A stretch of 63,360 nucleotides of DNA, counting the filler, from Licmophora abbreviata (Eukaryota), in assembly GCA_900291995.1 (NCBI GenBank). It is 4 parts of 4 records of this genome, joined end to end, with 100 filler letters (N's around TTAATTAATTAA, not from the genome) between each part and the next. Parts side by side here need not be neighbours in the genome. Positions count along the whole stretch, not along the records: positions 15,681 to 35,358 come from OLMU01002429.1; positions 35,459 to 51,969 come from OLMU01002430.1; 2 more parts are not named here. The stretch is one strand, 5' to 3'. Position 1 is the first letter of the stretch, and each line of letters begins with the position of its first letter. The translations under genes and the position numbers were made by a program. The notes beneath the pieces were generated by a model. That model had not been told where the DNA came from. It was given only the letters and a program-made list of their open reading frames with translations, and ran no database searches. Positions 33,318 through 45,418 of this stretch are shown in pieces.

Positions 33318-33776
33318 GGTTCCAAATAGTAGAGAGGGGAGGCGGAGAGCAACGGTGCACGAGCAAGACGGGGACAGGGGTCACAACGGCACTGCGTACA
33401 CAGCTCAAGCACAGCTTTCTGAGCATTGTGAGGTCGGAGGCGGCGACGCCGATCGAGCGACGAGCGAAGAACGAACGAATCAGGAAAGTCTCCGAGCGAA
33501 AGACGCGCGAAAACAATCCATTGCCGCGCGCGTCCTCCGACGCAGGCAAGACCGTGAAGATCACTCAAGGAAACGTCAATTGCATTCTTTGTGACGTCCC
33601 AACTTCAACCGAGCCATCAACATTTTGAACATTGGTTTGCGGCCACAAAATCTTTGGATCTTGATGCGAAGCAGATGCCAAAGCGAACCGCCAAGTTCAC
33701 TTTTGCATTCTGTTTCCTTTGAACTTTCACGAGCTATCATTCTAGATCACTTGACTCTTTCCAAACATCAGCCATC

Positions 33777-34633
33777 ATGCTCTTTGCCAAGACTACCTTG
33801 TCCTCCATCTCCAAGAAGGCAGCTGCGAGAAGCCCCGCGGCGGGCCGCGCATTGTCGACCGCTGTCGAAGAGACAGCAAGCAAGGGAACTGGACTCCTCA
33901 TGGCCGCGGGAACCACCTTTGTCACTTACATGACCGCTGATTTCCTTTCCAATTTCATCCAGCATCCTACGCAGAAGGTAAGATGAGCACTTTCAGCAGT
34001 TCAGCTGTAGAGGCCACGATGTCCGTCGTTCCTTTGTAGTTGTTCTTTGAAACTGCGCTATCTTGAGACTTACATAACCCTTCTTCTCTTGATACTCTCC
34101 ACTCGCTCGCGTACAGATGGACTATGGGTACTTCAATCAATTCATTGGTCGCGAAGTCGCAGAGAACTTCTGGGGCACTCGTACTGAACACATTGTGGGT
34201 GTCGCCGCCTGCCTTGCCGTCACGGACCATGCCTCCCAAGGTATCTTTGGAAAGATGCTCGGCAAACCACTCTCTTTCGCCACTTCTCCCGCCGCATTTG
34301 TCGCCCATACCTTCCTCTTTATCTTCGCTGGCGTCACCCTGTACGTCGCTGGCGATGCTGCCCTCAACCCAGCGCACGAAGGACGCCGCATGGAAGAATG
34401 CAAGAGCGGAACTGTACGCATCCTACGTCGGCAGCAACACGGCATGGTTTGAACCGTACGTGGCGCCAGCACTGGCCCGTGTTGCGGGACCCACCGTTGC
34501 CGGCAGCTGGTTCGGAAGTGCCCTCTTGCCTGCCACGTTGGCCTACTCTACCGTCAAGGGTGTCGGTTGGTATGATTGGGGCAACTCTGGTCTAAATGAC
34601 CATGAAATGCGAATGAATCATTTGAGCAAATAG
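33777..34633 (+). CDS. Probable mitochondrial multi-pass membrane protein of unknown function; intron 33978-34116; apparent +1 frameshift at 34410-34411
   Basis: Basic/hydroxylated presequence ending RALS; several hydrophobic helices; strong codon bias. Removing one A gives KSGLYASYVGSNTAWFEP through to the stop at 34633. Confidence 0.75.
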
Positions 34634-35116
34634 GAGAGAAAGGATAGGTACTGTTCGTACTGATTTTTTGGATCAAGAGATTCACGAGTGACTGCGATTT
34701 CGAGATTTTGTTTGAAGACAGAATCGTGGTCTATTCTTTTCGGATCATTTCATCACACACGCTTCTCGTTTTGTGCTACCAAGGCTACCCGTTAAATGAC
34801 TTACTATTAGCTAATGCAGGTTTATAACAGCAACATTTTGAAGTTGGTGGCTCCCTTGAGTTCAAAGAATGAGCTTTATCGGCTGAGATCGTCGGGCACT
34901 CTTTCACTTATTTTCAGAAACATACTGCTCTCTCAATTTCTAAAAGACTTTTCTTATTACGCGTGGAAGCTCGTACGTAGTCTGGAGAGCTTTCGCGGTG
35001 TCCTTATTTCGACTCAACACCATCACAACTCTCCATCAAACATCAGGATCGACAACATCAAGATGATTCGGTGATTGTGTCGCCAATCCATCTGCATCCA
35101 CAATCTCGCAGTTATC

Positions 35117-38100
35117 ATGAGAACGCCAGCAGCCTTTGTGCACTCGTGTGTGTATATTTTCCTGCTAATTGTTCCGTCAAATTTCAGGCTGTCAGCCGCG
35201 ACTCGAACGCCGGCGCCCGCGTGGTTTGGTAGACGGCCGTCCAAATCGTCAGCGCCCTCGCTTTCCCAAGAATGTCTAGTGCAGAGCATGCTTGAGATTC
35301 GGGGTGGTGATGATGTGGATTTAGCTGGAGGTGGAGATGGCGATGGACACAAGCAGCGNNNNNNNNNNNNNNNNNNNNNNNNNNNNNNNNNNNNNNNNNN
35401 NNTTAATTAATTAANNNNNNNNNNNNNNNNNNNNNNNNNNNNNNNNNNNNNNNNNNNNAAAGAAAAAAGTTGTCAAGAAGCGACGAAGGCGAACACAACT
35501 CGACGGAAGCGAGAATGGGACACCTGTTGCCGTCGACATTCATGCTGCGGACGAAGCTGAGAAATATCCAGTAGAAGACGATGATGGTACCACTGCAGAT
35601 CAATCTCAGTCTCCAACAAAGTCTGAGAATGTTAAAAAGGGAAGAAGAGTCCGGAAGAAGCACCGTCGCTCGACGCCAGATGTCGAGCTGGATAACAATT
35701 CGAGAGTTGATGCAGCTCCCCAAGACTTGTTGGAGAAATCCGATCACGTCGAGGAAAGTGACGATACAGGCACACCATCGGCAGTTGAAAAGGGCCCGCC
35801 ACAGCATGCCAAGAAAAGACGCAAGGTTCGAACGCATCAACGCCGTCGTCGCTCAGCAGAAACTACGATGAAGGACCCGTCGCCTGTTTCTGAGTTGACT
35901 CTCAATAGCACTGGTGTACCAGCAGAGAAGGCAATTGGTTCAGGACCACAGCTCTTCACTGGCCAGTCGAAAGCTTCCATGAAAGAAGGGCAGGTCAAGA
36001 TTCAAAAGCAACACCGCCAGCGCTCTGGGTCCGCTGGAGATGTGGAGAGCCCTCTCGTGCCTGTCGATCTCGATGGACAAACACCGGTTGATGCTGAACC
36101 ACGGGAGGAAGTCACCGAACGGGATCATCCGCTATCGTTTGCATATGTGGACAACACTGTTACCACAAAGGATATGATGACAGCTGCCGCAGATACTCCG
36201 TCTGTTCATTCGGTAGATGACGCACATGTAGCTGCCAGTGACGAGACTTTCGCTGGTGAGCCTCTTTCTCTCGTACTCGATTCTTCAAACAACGACCAGA
36301 ACCCTCCCGTTGTATCTGCCGAACCTGGAAAACTTGAGATCCCAGCCCTTGAGGGCACGTACCGTAGAGGTTTTCGGCCAATCGCAAACGCTCCCCGCGA
36401 TCATGCCCAGCCAGTGGATGAGCACGTTTGGACGAACGGAACGGCAACGAGAGGTGTTACCGATCCGGAACGACTTGCGCGCCACTCCAAGATAAACGTC
36501 GTATTGGAAAGGCTAATCACTTCCGAATCACCGGTAGAATCCAGCTCTCAGTGCGAGAGAAATGAGTTGAATGGGTCGGGGCAAACGACGAACGGTGTAG
36601 AAGATTTGGAAGTGTTGAACAATCTTGAAGTCAATGATATCGACAAAGGCAAAGATTGTTCGGTCGGGAAGATTGTGGCAATGGATGAGGGAGTCGACGA
36701 CGAACCATCTTCAGAAGTTGATACTGTATCCGAACAGCTTGAGGTGAACGTGACCCTCGTAGGCATCCCAGATTCCCTCCCGATGATTGCTTCAAGTGAT
36801 GATGAGACGATATCTCCCAGACTCGAAGCAGAGGACGCCGTCGTGGATCAAAACGGAACGTCGCTAGTGACGGCTTCGATCGAACTCGGTAGGCAATTAA
36901 GCATGTCAGCTGATGAGGTAGATACAGAAGATGAAACGGATGCGTCTGTGCTGTTCAACGTCACACAGTCAGGTTCTCAGGGCGCAGTTGCAGCTAAGAC
37001 ACTGACACAACCGCGAACCGCTGACTTAGCCACAGTCGACAAAGAACGCATTGAAGCGAACTTTCAGTCATTGGATGCCTCCGTGGACGACGATAGTGAT
37101 CTTACCGTATCGGTGGTCACGTGGAATTTAGCGGAGGCCGCACCATCAGAAGAAGACGCATCATTTCTTCGCCGCTTTCGCGATAGTGACATCGTTTTGA
37201 TTTCCGGTCAGGAATGCGAGAATACCAAGCCAAGACGAGCGGAGGGGCACCGATCAAGAGAGCTGCGGAGACTCATGATCAAGATGCTAGGAAGAAAGTT
37301 CGTTCCTCTGTCCATCCACAGTCTCGGCGGAGTCCAGTTTGGCTTGTTCTGTAAGCAATCGATTCTGGGCGACGTCGAGTTTGTGAGCGTCGCCGATGTC
37401 GCGTGTGGTATCGGTAATGTATTTCACAACAAGGGTGGTATAGGAGCGTTCCTGCAGATGAAGGCGCGTGAGCGCAGGCAAGAGAATTCCAGCTCAGCGG
37501 GTCCCGAAACGTCAAAATCTGTCAAGATGCTCTTCGTGACGGCCCATCTTGCGGCCCACGTCAAGAACTTTGAAGCTCGAAACATGGACTACTGGCGCAT
37601 TGCGAGCGAACTTGAAGCTCAAGCCCCACCTCGCTTTTTGACTCCTCAGTTGAATCCCGACCTGAATACGGGCACCAGCGAAGAAGCCAAATCAAACGGA
37701 AGCGGATCGTACTTGATGGACTCCATGGATCGTATTTTCTTCTGTGGAGACTTGAATTATAGGATAGACGTGCCACGGGAAGAGGCCGAGTTTGGTGTAC
37801 AAGAGATTTCACGCTTGTTGCAAGGCGACACATTAGAAAAGGCTGACGCCTTACGGGAGACGCTACTGAAACATGATCAGCTCGCTCATTCCATTGCTGA
37901 AGGCGCTGCCTTTCCGGGATTTACGGAAGGTTCAATTACATTCCCGCCAACGTTCAAGTTTGACAAGGGCACTCAGGACTACGATACATCGCACAAGCAG
38001 CGTATACCAGCCTGGACGGATCGAGTACTCTTTAGGCCCTTTGGCGTGCGTGTCTTGGAGTACGATAGCGTTCCTGCTGCCACACACTCTGATCACCGAC

Positions 38101-38219
38101 CTGTCTACGCAACATTCCTAGTCAACATGCAGGGACGAGAGCAGCAGCCTGTCAAGAAGTCTAAGCGAAAGCGACGTCCGTCCAAGGCGAAACCACAAAC
38201 CAACGAGGAGGTGGGATGA
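35117..38219 (+). CDS. Inositol polyphosphate 5-phosphatase with long N-terminal extension; gene spans the gap at 35359-35458
   Basis: VTWNL, GQEC, NKGGI, VTAHLAAH, GDLNYRI, DQL, FPPTFKFD, RIPAWTDRVL and SDHRPV. The frame is open from the gap edge (35460). The pre-gap segment from ATG 35117 is assumed to be the N-terminus. Confidence 0.88.
35359..35458. other. Artificial scaffold spacer N44-TTAATTAATTAA-N44
   Basis: Same spacer as at 15581. Confidence 0.95.
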
Positions 38220-38375
38220 AGTGCGCTCCCAGGACCATGAGCACGCAGACCACTGCAATATCATAACGATTTCGCTACCGTAAAATTCTTTCATTATGCT
38301 TTCCTTTTTAAGTTTCGTAAAAAGAGCGTTGAGATCAAAGACCTGCCTTGCTCTTCAAACATCATGCTGTCGAAC

Positions 38376-40245
38376 TTAAGCCTCAAACTTGAGTAGGACG
38401 AAGTCGTGGTATTCCTCGTCGTCCTCAATGTCATCGTCCTCCTTCTTCTCTCCAAGTGCTTTGTCCAGGGCTGTCGTCAGGTCCTGGTCTTTTCCCCGGT
38501 TCACCTTGTATAGGACAGCTGTGAAGTCAACCGGAAGTCCATAGCGAAGGACGCTCTCAACAAAAGCGCGAATCACCTTGATGTGCATCCAAGCGACGAA
38601 GGCTTCCCCATAGTGAGATTTGCACCAACGCGTCAGTGCACTGCGCATACCATCAACCTCGACCTGTAGCTGTTCAAACGCCATGACCGATTTGGAAGCC
38701 TGAGACGGATCATACTGAAAGTCACGGACAACGAAACGCTTTTCGCGCAAGACCTTGCTAAACTCTTCGACAAAGTCCACCTTGGTTCCGGGTTGGAAGT
38801 CGTCGCCTTCGTAGTAGCCTGCTTCGTATTGTCCTTTCAGGATTGTCACCGTGTACAAGACGCTGTCACCATCCCTGTGAACTTCCGTCACTGATCCAGG
38901 GACGACAGGCGATCCTCGCTCCTTATGGCGATCGACAAGGGATCCGAACTGAACGGGCTCACCGAGCTTGCTTGGGTCGCGGCTCCAGTCAGGTCCTTGT
39001 TCAAGGAAATACAAATATTATCAGAAAAGGATGAGTCGAGTCAGACCACAATTGCACGAGACCAAGATTTCAGCAAAGACAGTGCATAGAGTCCCTCACC
39101 TCCATATCCAACTAGATCGTTACCAATTTTCTCGACTCCGCTCTCGAAGTTTTCCTTCATGTTTATCGGAACAGCGACAAAGATTGTCTTGAGGTAATCG
39201 GTATCGTGCACTTGTACGGTGCGCATAATCTCCTCCGTCAGTACATCATTCAAGTCCGCCGCCATGAGATTCCCACCCTTTTTGCGTTTGGATTCCTGAA
39301 GGGCAGCCGTTTTATCCGCAAATGAGGTACCCAACTGCTTCAACTCCTCATCGACCGCCGAAACTCCACCGCTAATGAGCGCCACGAGTTCCTTCAAAGG
39401 TCTCCTGTTGGGGTACTTGGCATAGTCCCATGCAAACTGTTGAATGTACCGAGGAGCAGGGACTGGAAAGGAACGTTACAAAAGAAGAGCGTATGTGTCT
39501 TATAGTGAGTCAAGTCGTCATGGATCAATGCTGCATCCTCTTGTCGTTGGTGATCCGCTGCGTTTGTGGGTTCCACTCACCGCCGCCGACCGTGAAGTCC
39601 GACTTGCCGCCTCCAGTAAGTTCGAGGCCCGTCGACTCGATCTTTCGAACAATGCTTTCCACGACGTGGTCCGTCTTTCCCAGGTCATCGCTCAGGGACT
39701 GCAGTAAAAATTAGGAGGAGAAAGAGGCCGCGTTGGATGAATGAATCGTTCAAAAGACGGTACAGTACTTCGATTTTCGACTGACGGGCAGACACTGAAC
39801 TCACCATAAGACTGTCAAGCGTCCCCACCGTCAACGAAGGCACTTCAAACTTGAACATTTCTGTGACACATGATAAGGGTCAAGTAAACGTGAGTCTAGA
39901 CTGCAGATAAAAGCCAACCCGGCGCACATTTCGCCTTTTCGCGCCATGGTAGTCGGCACAGATCTTTTTTTTCTGTCCAGAGTGGACGAGATCCAATTTC
40001 ATCAACAGCCACTCTGCCGCCAACATAGCTAAACGTCTCGATACCTTAAGAAGAAGTACGAACCCCAATTCCAGTACAAAATTGTCGTAGAAGCAACGGG
40101 TCGATTATTTGGGCGATCGGGACGGAATGAAAATGGACGTACCGGCAAACGGCGCAGAAGGACAAGCTCCAGCGCTCTGCATTTTCCGATAGGCCTGTTC
40201 CGGGGCACCCCCTCCATTGGAGATGGAAGCGATGAAGTAGCTCAT
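38376..40245 (-). CDS. VMA5: V-type H+-ATPase subunit C; 5 exons (introns 39861-40142, 39699-39804, 39463-39580, 38996-39099)
   Basis: Spliced translation gives MSYFIASI..., FEVPSLTVGTLDSLMSLSDDLGK, FAWDYAKYP, GGNLM, WMHIKVIRAFVESVLRYGLPVDF. Confidence 0.93.
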
Positions 40246-40513
40246 CGTGCTGGTTTCACAGACTCCAAAAACTCAAGGACGCGATCCGCGGGTGGCGCCG
40301 CGGAAGTTTGTGCCCAATGGCGAAGGGAAGTGGATTCATATATTCTATATTCGGCCTTGAATACATGTGAATGCTAATATGCCACTCGACTGAACGAGGT
40401 CTGTCTGTGGTGCGAGCCCACGCTGAGGGTTTAGCAAGAAAAGTGCGGTACTATTGCTACTAGAGAGTGCCGCACTACACATTCACGATGCCCACTAAAG
40501 AGAATCCTACTGC

Positions 40514-41860
40514 CTACATTCTCCTATCCTTCAGGAACCGGAAGATCTCATTGGGTACTTGGTAGTCGACAATATCGGCGGTATTGAACTCGTCCTGGAA
40601 GCTGCCCGAGTAACTCGACAAATGACGATCCAACGTGAGAGCCCCAAACCGACCATATATTGACTCCGGCACGATTGTCAGTTGAAATCGCACCGTCTGC
40701 CACTCTTGTCGCGCCGTCACAATCAGATTATTCTTTTGCACGACATAGTTTCCCCAGACGGCCGCCTTATCGGGTTCGTTCGTCACGCGCGCCTTCATCA
40801 TGCGTCGAATCATTTCGTGCGGTGGGCTCGTCGTGAGGGCGTACATGACACGTCCGTCCTCCTGAAACCACAGGTAGCGATAGTAGACTGTCTCTAGTAC
40901 TGCACCAAGTGGAATCTATTGAGGGGGGACGGCAGGATGCCATTGTTTGAGTAACATGCTGGACTGTACAATCGATACATGCTCGTCCAGCAATTACACT
41001 CCTCATCACCACATCCTTATCGCCACCACACATTGGACACTCACCTCGGTCCACATATCGCGCTGAATCTTCTTGACCGACTTGTACCTCAAAACATAAA
41101 CGCCCCCTCCAGCTCGTACTCGCGGCCGACTTTGAAGCATGGAATGATAGGAATGATTGAATCGTGCCACGTGCAGACTCTTGCGCTTGCTCTGTCGCAA
41201 GTACACGCGTTCGCAGAGTCGCTTGTATACGGCTTCGGTTCGAGTAAAGTAACTCCAGTGAGGACTGACCAGTGCGCATGATGCGTACATGTCAATTGGA
41301 ACATAGTTCAGTACGTGATGCAATAACTCTTCTGGTAATTTCAGAATCTCTCCTGCCCGCTGGAGCAACTCGTCCTCCAGCAATTCTTCGCTGGCAGCCG
41401 CCTTGGACCGATCCATGCCATTGTCCTCGATGCTAGTACTACCACTGTTGGTGGAAACAGAACCCTCGTCGTCGTCCTCGTCCTCGTCCGAATCGTCTTC
41501 GTTCCTCCTTATCTTGGCCTTGGGATTGACATTCATAACCGTTTCTTGTTTTGAATCGCGATCAGCAACATTGTACATAAGTTCATTATCATACGGTCGC
41601 TGGTGGCCACTAGAAAGGGTAGTAGTATCACCGCGCAAGACAACTTGGGTCGAATCTCCCACCGCTCTCGAGAGCGTCATGTACTCTTCAAAATCTCCAA
41701 TCTTTTTGTATCCGTATTTCTTCGCCAACGCTTTCCTCTCGGTCCACGGAAGCATGTGCCAAATGGGCCACGTGAGTTCCCAGTGTTCGTCTTCTTTGAA
41801 CCAAATTGTGTCGCTTGTCGCCACTCCAGATGCATCGTCGTTATTTTCCTCCGATGCCAT
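40514..41860 (-). CDS. FBXO9: F-box protein, FBXO9/Hrt3-like; intron 40916-41044
   Basis: F-box LKLPEELLHHVL...CALVSPHW, then RPRVR..GVY and, after splicing, YYRYLWFQEDGRV. Confidence 0.82.
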
Positions 41861-42202
41861 TTTTTAATTTTTTTCTTGAGTAGTGATGTACTCGTATTCT
41901 TAAAAATTCAGCAATCAATCCTTGGAATCATTCGTTTGAGAGACACCAGCATACTTCTCTTGCCTCTGTCGTGGTGTGTGCAGCGCCGACGCAACACAGC
42001 TCAGTCATGGCGACGATGACGGAACAAACGGAACGGAACACCCGACGCGCCGCGATCACATGGAGAAAAACAGTGAGATGGTCGGCTTCGAGCTCCTGAG
42101 GATTTTAAAAAAGCGCGCGCCGCATTCAGAGCTCATGCCACAAACCAAAACTTCCACACAATGAACGTCATTCGCAACGCTTCTTTTTTGAAACACTCGA
42201 CC

Positions 42203-43513
42203 ATGACGATCCCGTCAGAGCCGTCGTTGTGGTGCCCCACGTGCGAGGATACGTGTCACGATCACGCCACAATGTGTACAGTGTGTGGCACTGCTTTGCA
42301 AGAGGAGAATAATGACAACAACACTAGAAATAATGAAACTCGAGGAGGCAGTTCGAGCACAGTGGCGCCACCGTCCTTTTCGTTACTAGGTGGTTCTGTC
42401 GAGTGGCAGAATGAACTTGCAGCCGCGCTTGCTTCTGGAACATCCACTCGAGAGCAGCAAAACAGAATTCAGAGCCTCCGTGAGCGGCAGAACGAGTTGG
42501 GACAGATGCTACGAGAGGCTCAACAAGCCTTGTTGGCGCCAGAAGGGCTTGCTGCGGCTGCGATCCAACAAGAACAGAATTGGGCCGAGGGGCTCCCGGC
42601 GGAAGCCATGGATCCACAGCAGGCGGGAAATAGAAGCCGACCGACGTCGAAACAGGTCTTGGGTGAATTAGAAAGAATTCTTCTTACACAGCAGACCTCC
42701 TTGTTGTATCATGCTACGGTGACAGTGCATCATCACCATCAGAGCATTACGAGTGGTCGTAGTCATGAGGGTGATGCTTCTACAGAATTTCAAGCCATCC
42801 TGGGTGAATTCGGTCCCGCACCGCCGCATCGACTGACGCAAGTGCCACTGATCGTGGTGGCGCTGCCTCATCGAACCGGCAAAGGCGGTTGCCTGCACTC
42901 AACAACTTTACAAGCCATTAAGGAACTTGTCACCCAGCGCCATCGCGTTGTGCTGTACATGGAACGCGGCGACAATGTTACCTTTGTTCAGAAAGCACTA
43001 TTGGCACAAGAGGCGGGAGCATCCGCGCTCGTCGTTGGCAATCGTACTTCTGCTCAGTGGCCCTACAGTATGAAGGACAGTCGTGGGGAATCGGCCAATG
43101 GAGCATTGACAATTCCGGTAGTCATGATTTCGCAAAGGGACGGGGGGACGCTGTTACAACTGCTGGCTACAGAAAAGAATGCGACTGCGCACGGCGGAAA
43201 GATTGTTACTCCGGCCTTGTGTTCCTTGGACATTCAAAGCAAGACGGAAGAATGTGTCGTGTGTCGCGACGACTTCGTCGTAGGTCAGACTGTCGTTCGC
43301 CTTCCGGCCTGTGGCCATGTCTTTCATGATACGTGTGCCACGACGTGGTTGTCCAAACATAATTCCTGTCCCTATTGTCGACGCGAATTGCCCACGGACG
43401 ATGCCAACTACGAAGAGGAAAGACGACGGACACAACGAACTCATGCAGTGGGGAATGGTACTGTTGAGGATGGTTCGTCGTCGTCGCGACAGGCGGATGA
43501 TTTTTATGGTTGA
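42203..43513 (+). CDS. RING-H2 E3 ligase with N-terminal Zn ribbon and PA domain
   Basis: CPTC...CTVCG; PA motif ERGDNVTFVQKALLAQEAGASALVVGN...IPVVMIS; RING CVVC...LPACGHVFHDTC...WL...CPYCR. Confidence 0.9.
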   Translation: MTIPSEPSLWCPTCEDTCHDHATMCTVCGTALQEENNDNNTRNNETRGGSSSTVAPPSFSLLGGSVEWQNELAAALASGTSTREQQNRIQSLRERQNELGQMLREAQQALLAPEGLAAAAIQQEQNWAEGLPAEAMDPQQAGNRSRPTSKQVLGELERILLTQQTSLLYHATVTVHHHHQSITSGRSHEGDASTEFQAILGEFGPAPPHRLTQVPLIVVALPHRTGKGGCLHSTTLQAIKELVTQRHRVVLYMERGDNVTFVQKALLAQEAGASALVVGNRTSAQWPYSMKDSRGESANGALTIPVVMISQRDGGTLLQLLATEKNATAHGGKIVTPALCSLDIQSKTEECVVCRDDFVVGQTVVRLPACGHVFHDTCATTWLSKHNSCPYCRRELPTDDANYEEERRRTQRTHAVGNGTVEDGSSSSRQADDFYG

Positions 43514-44296
43514 AGAATAAGAGAACGAAGGGATGGCTGGGAGTGATGGGTGCTGTTTCCGCTAGTTCCGACGTGGTCTGTGACGTCGCAAGAGAGCTCA
43601 AATAAGGGCAAACAAACAAGGGTCTGACCAGGTCCTGTGATTTCGAATACAACATCCCTGTCCAACACACGGTCGATACCAGTCACAGGATCGATCGCCA
43701 TTGTATACTGACCTCGTTACTGTGTAGGTTAAAGATTATTCCCTCGACTCATCACAAATTGAAATTGTGAGCAAAACACGGATCTCGAAGGATTCGAATG
43801 TCGTCTCACGTTTCGAATCTAGTCGCCTGTGGTCATACGTGAAACTACGTTGACGAGTTGAGTCAGTCGCGGAAACTGACGGAAAGGAGACTCAGAAGTT
43901 GCCAGTGACTCTACTTGGCAGATCGATTAATTCATTTTGAAACGTTCGATGTGACTGTGCCTTGATCCAATCTGAGTTCGGAGCTTGCTCCAACTCATAG
44001 CGCTAGACGTGCAGTCACAGCGCTCTTTGCGATCCGTGCTACATACAGCTGGAGTACCGGTACGTATATGAGATAAATCGATACGTTCGCTTTTACCATA
44101 GAAACCAGTATACTGAATCCTCAAACCCACGACTGACATTTTGAATCACTAATTTTACTTCAGCTCGGTATAAAGTTATGTAAGCTAAATGTATGAATAA
44201 GTTCATTTTCTTCATTTTTTACTTCACACATCCATGCGATCTCGCATCTCGCAGTCACACATCTCTTCAAGATAATCTCGCCCGCGTCCTGAAGTG

Positions 44297-44683
44297 ATGC
44301 TCTTTCGGCGACGACATACACAGCTTGGCCCTCGATGCTTCCCTAGCATGTCCCCTGTAAGCCTTGAATCAGATAGATCAAGGTCGCTGTCATCGGAGTC
44401 AAGCATTCGGTCCTTCTGGAGCCGCGCTGGTCAAACCTCCCCTCAGAAGGGAGAAGCCTCTTTGAATTCGCCACTCTCGCCGGTAGTCACCAAGATTGCC
44501 ACGGAACTCAATAAACTGGCTGAGAATGCCTTTGTCTGTCATGTTCCGCCCGAAGTGGTGCAGCCCGATGGACGCCCAGAAGGACCGTCGAAGGCAACAT
44601 CGCAGGCAGTTGCCGACGAGGAGTGCATCGAATTAGACGAGACCGAGCTACTGCAGAGGGCCTACCAGCTGAATCGCGTGTAA
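44297..44683 (+). CDS. Small hypothetical S-rich protein
   Basis: 128-aa ORF from ATG 44297, preceded by an AT-rich stretch with TATAAA near 44179; no recognised family. Confidence 0.4.
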   Translation: MLFRRRHTQLGPRCFPSMSPVSLESDRSRSLSSESSIRSFWSRAGQTSPQKGEASLNSPLSPVVTKIATELNKLAENAFVCHVPPEVVQPDGRPEGPSKATSQAVADEECIELDETELLQRAYQLNRV

Positions 44684-45418
44684 AGAGGGAAAGTGAGATC
44701 CCTTTTGTTAGATGAGTACAGTCGTTTCTCCGTCTTCAATCAGTCGCATTGCGATTCGTCGTGAAAGCTCGACGCGATGCAACCCTCCTTCGATATAATG
44801 TGTGGCGTGCTTAGACACATGGGAACCGTTCGATTCGCGTTCTAAATGTCATTTGTGCACGCACCCGTCACGGAAAATGGGCGGATAGTCTCCCATTTGA
44901 AAATACTACCAGCAATCTAGTAGCAAAAAGCAACCCTTGTAAAATAACAGTGGATTTGGTGAAGAGTAAACGCTGCAGGTAGCTAGCATCCTCTTTCGTA
45001 CACTACTTGTCGGCGACACAGAATGACACCGTCGTCGACCCCCTTCACCAAGCATGGGGAAGCGAATGCATCATGTGTCGATAGCGCTCACGTCGGAAAG
45101 CAATGGACGCGAGCATGGTCACTGGTCGTGCGTGCCCTCATTTCGATTGAACTCAATACGTAATTTTGAAACGTCAAATTACCGAAGTAACTTAAATGAA
45201 TTGAAACTTACATGTTTACTCCCGGTGATCCTCTTCTCTGATCTCTGCCTAGACACAAACTAACAGCAAGGGAGAGCGTACGGAACACGTGCTGAAGTTC
45301 GAATCATGTTCACGCTTACCTCGTCGTCGATGCCGTCGCCATGATAGTAGCTAGCTATTCTTAAGTTCTCCAGATGACGAGGGTTTACCTACAAGTTTCA
45401 ATTTCAGACGTCGTGCAC

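Noticed and set aside
32163..33329. 388-aa ORF antisense to GET4 (similar long antisense ORFs at 14535-15632, 28510-29442 and 30592-31392)
   Set aside because: Shadow ORFs produced by codon bias of the real gene on the opposite strand; no protein motifs.
44801..44845. GTTCGATTC, resembling a tRNA T-loop / B box
   Set aside because: The flanking bases do not form a 5-bp T stem and no cloverleaf can be built.
45284..45291. ACACGTGC, resembling a diatom low-iron response motif
   Set aside because: A single short match lying between converging 3' ends, not in a promoter.
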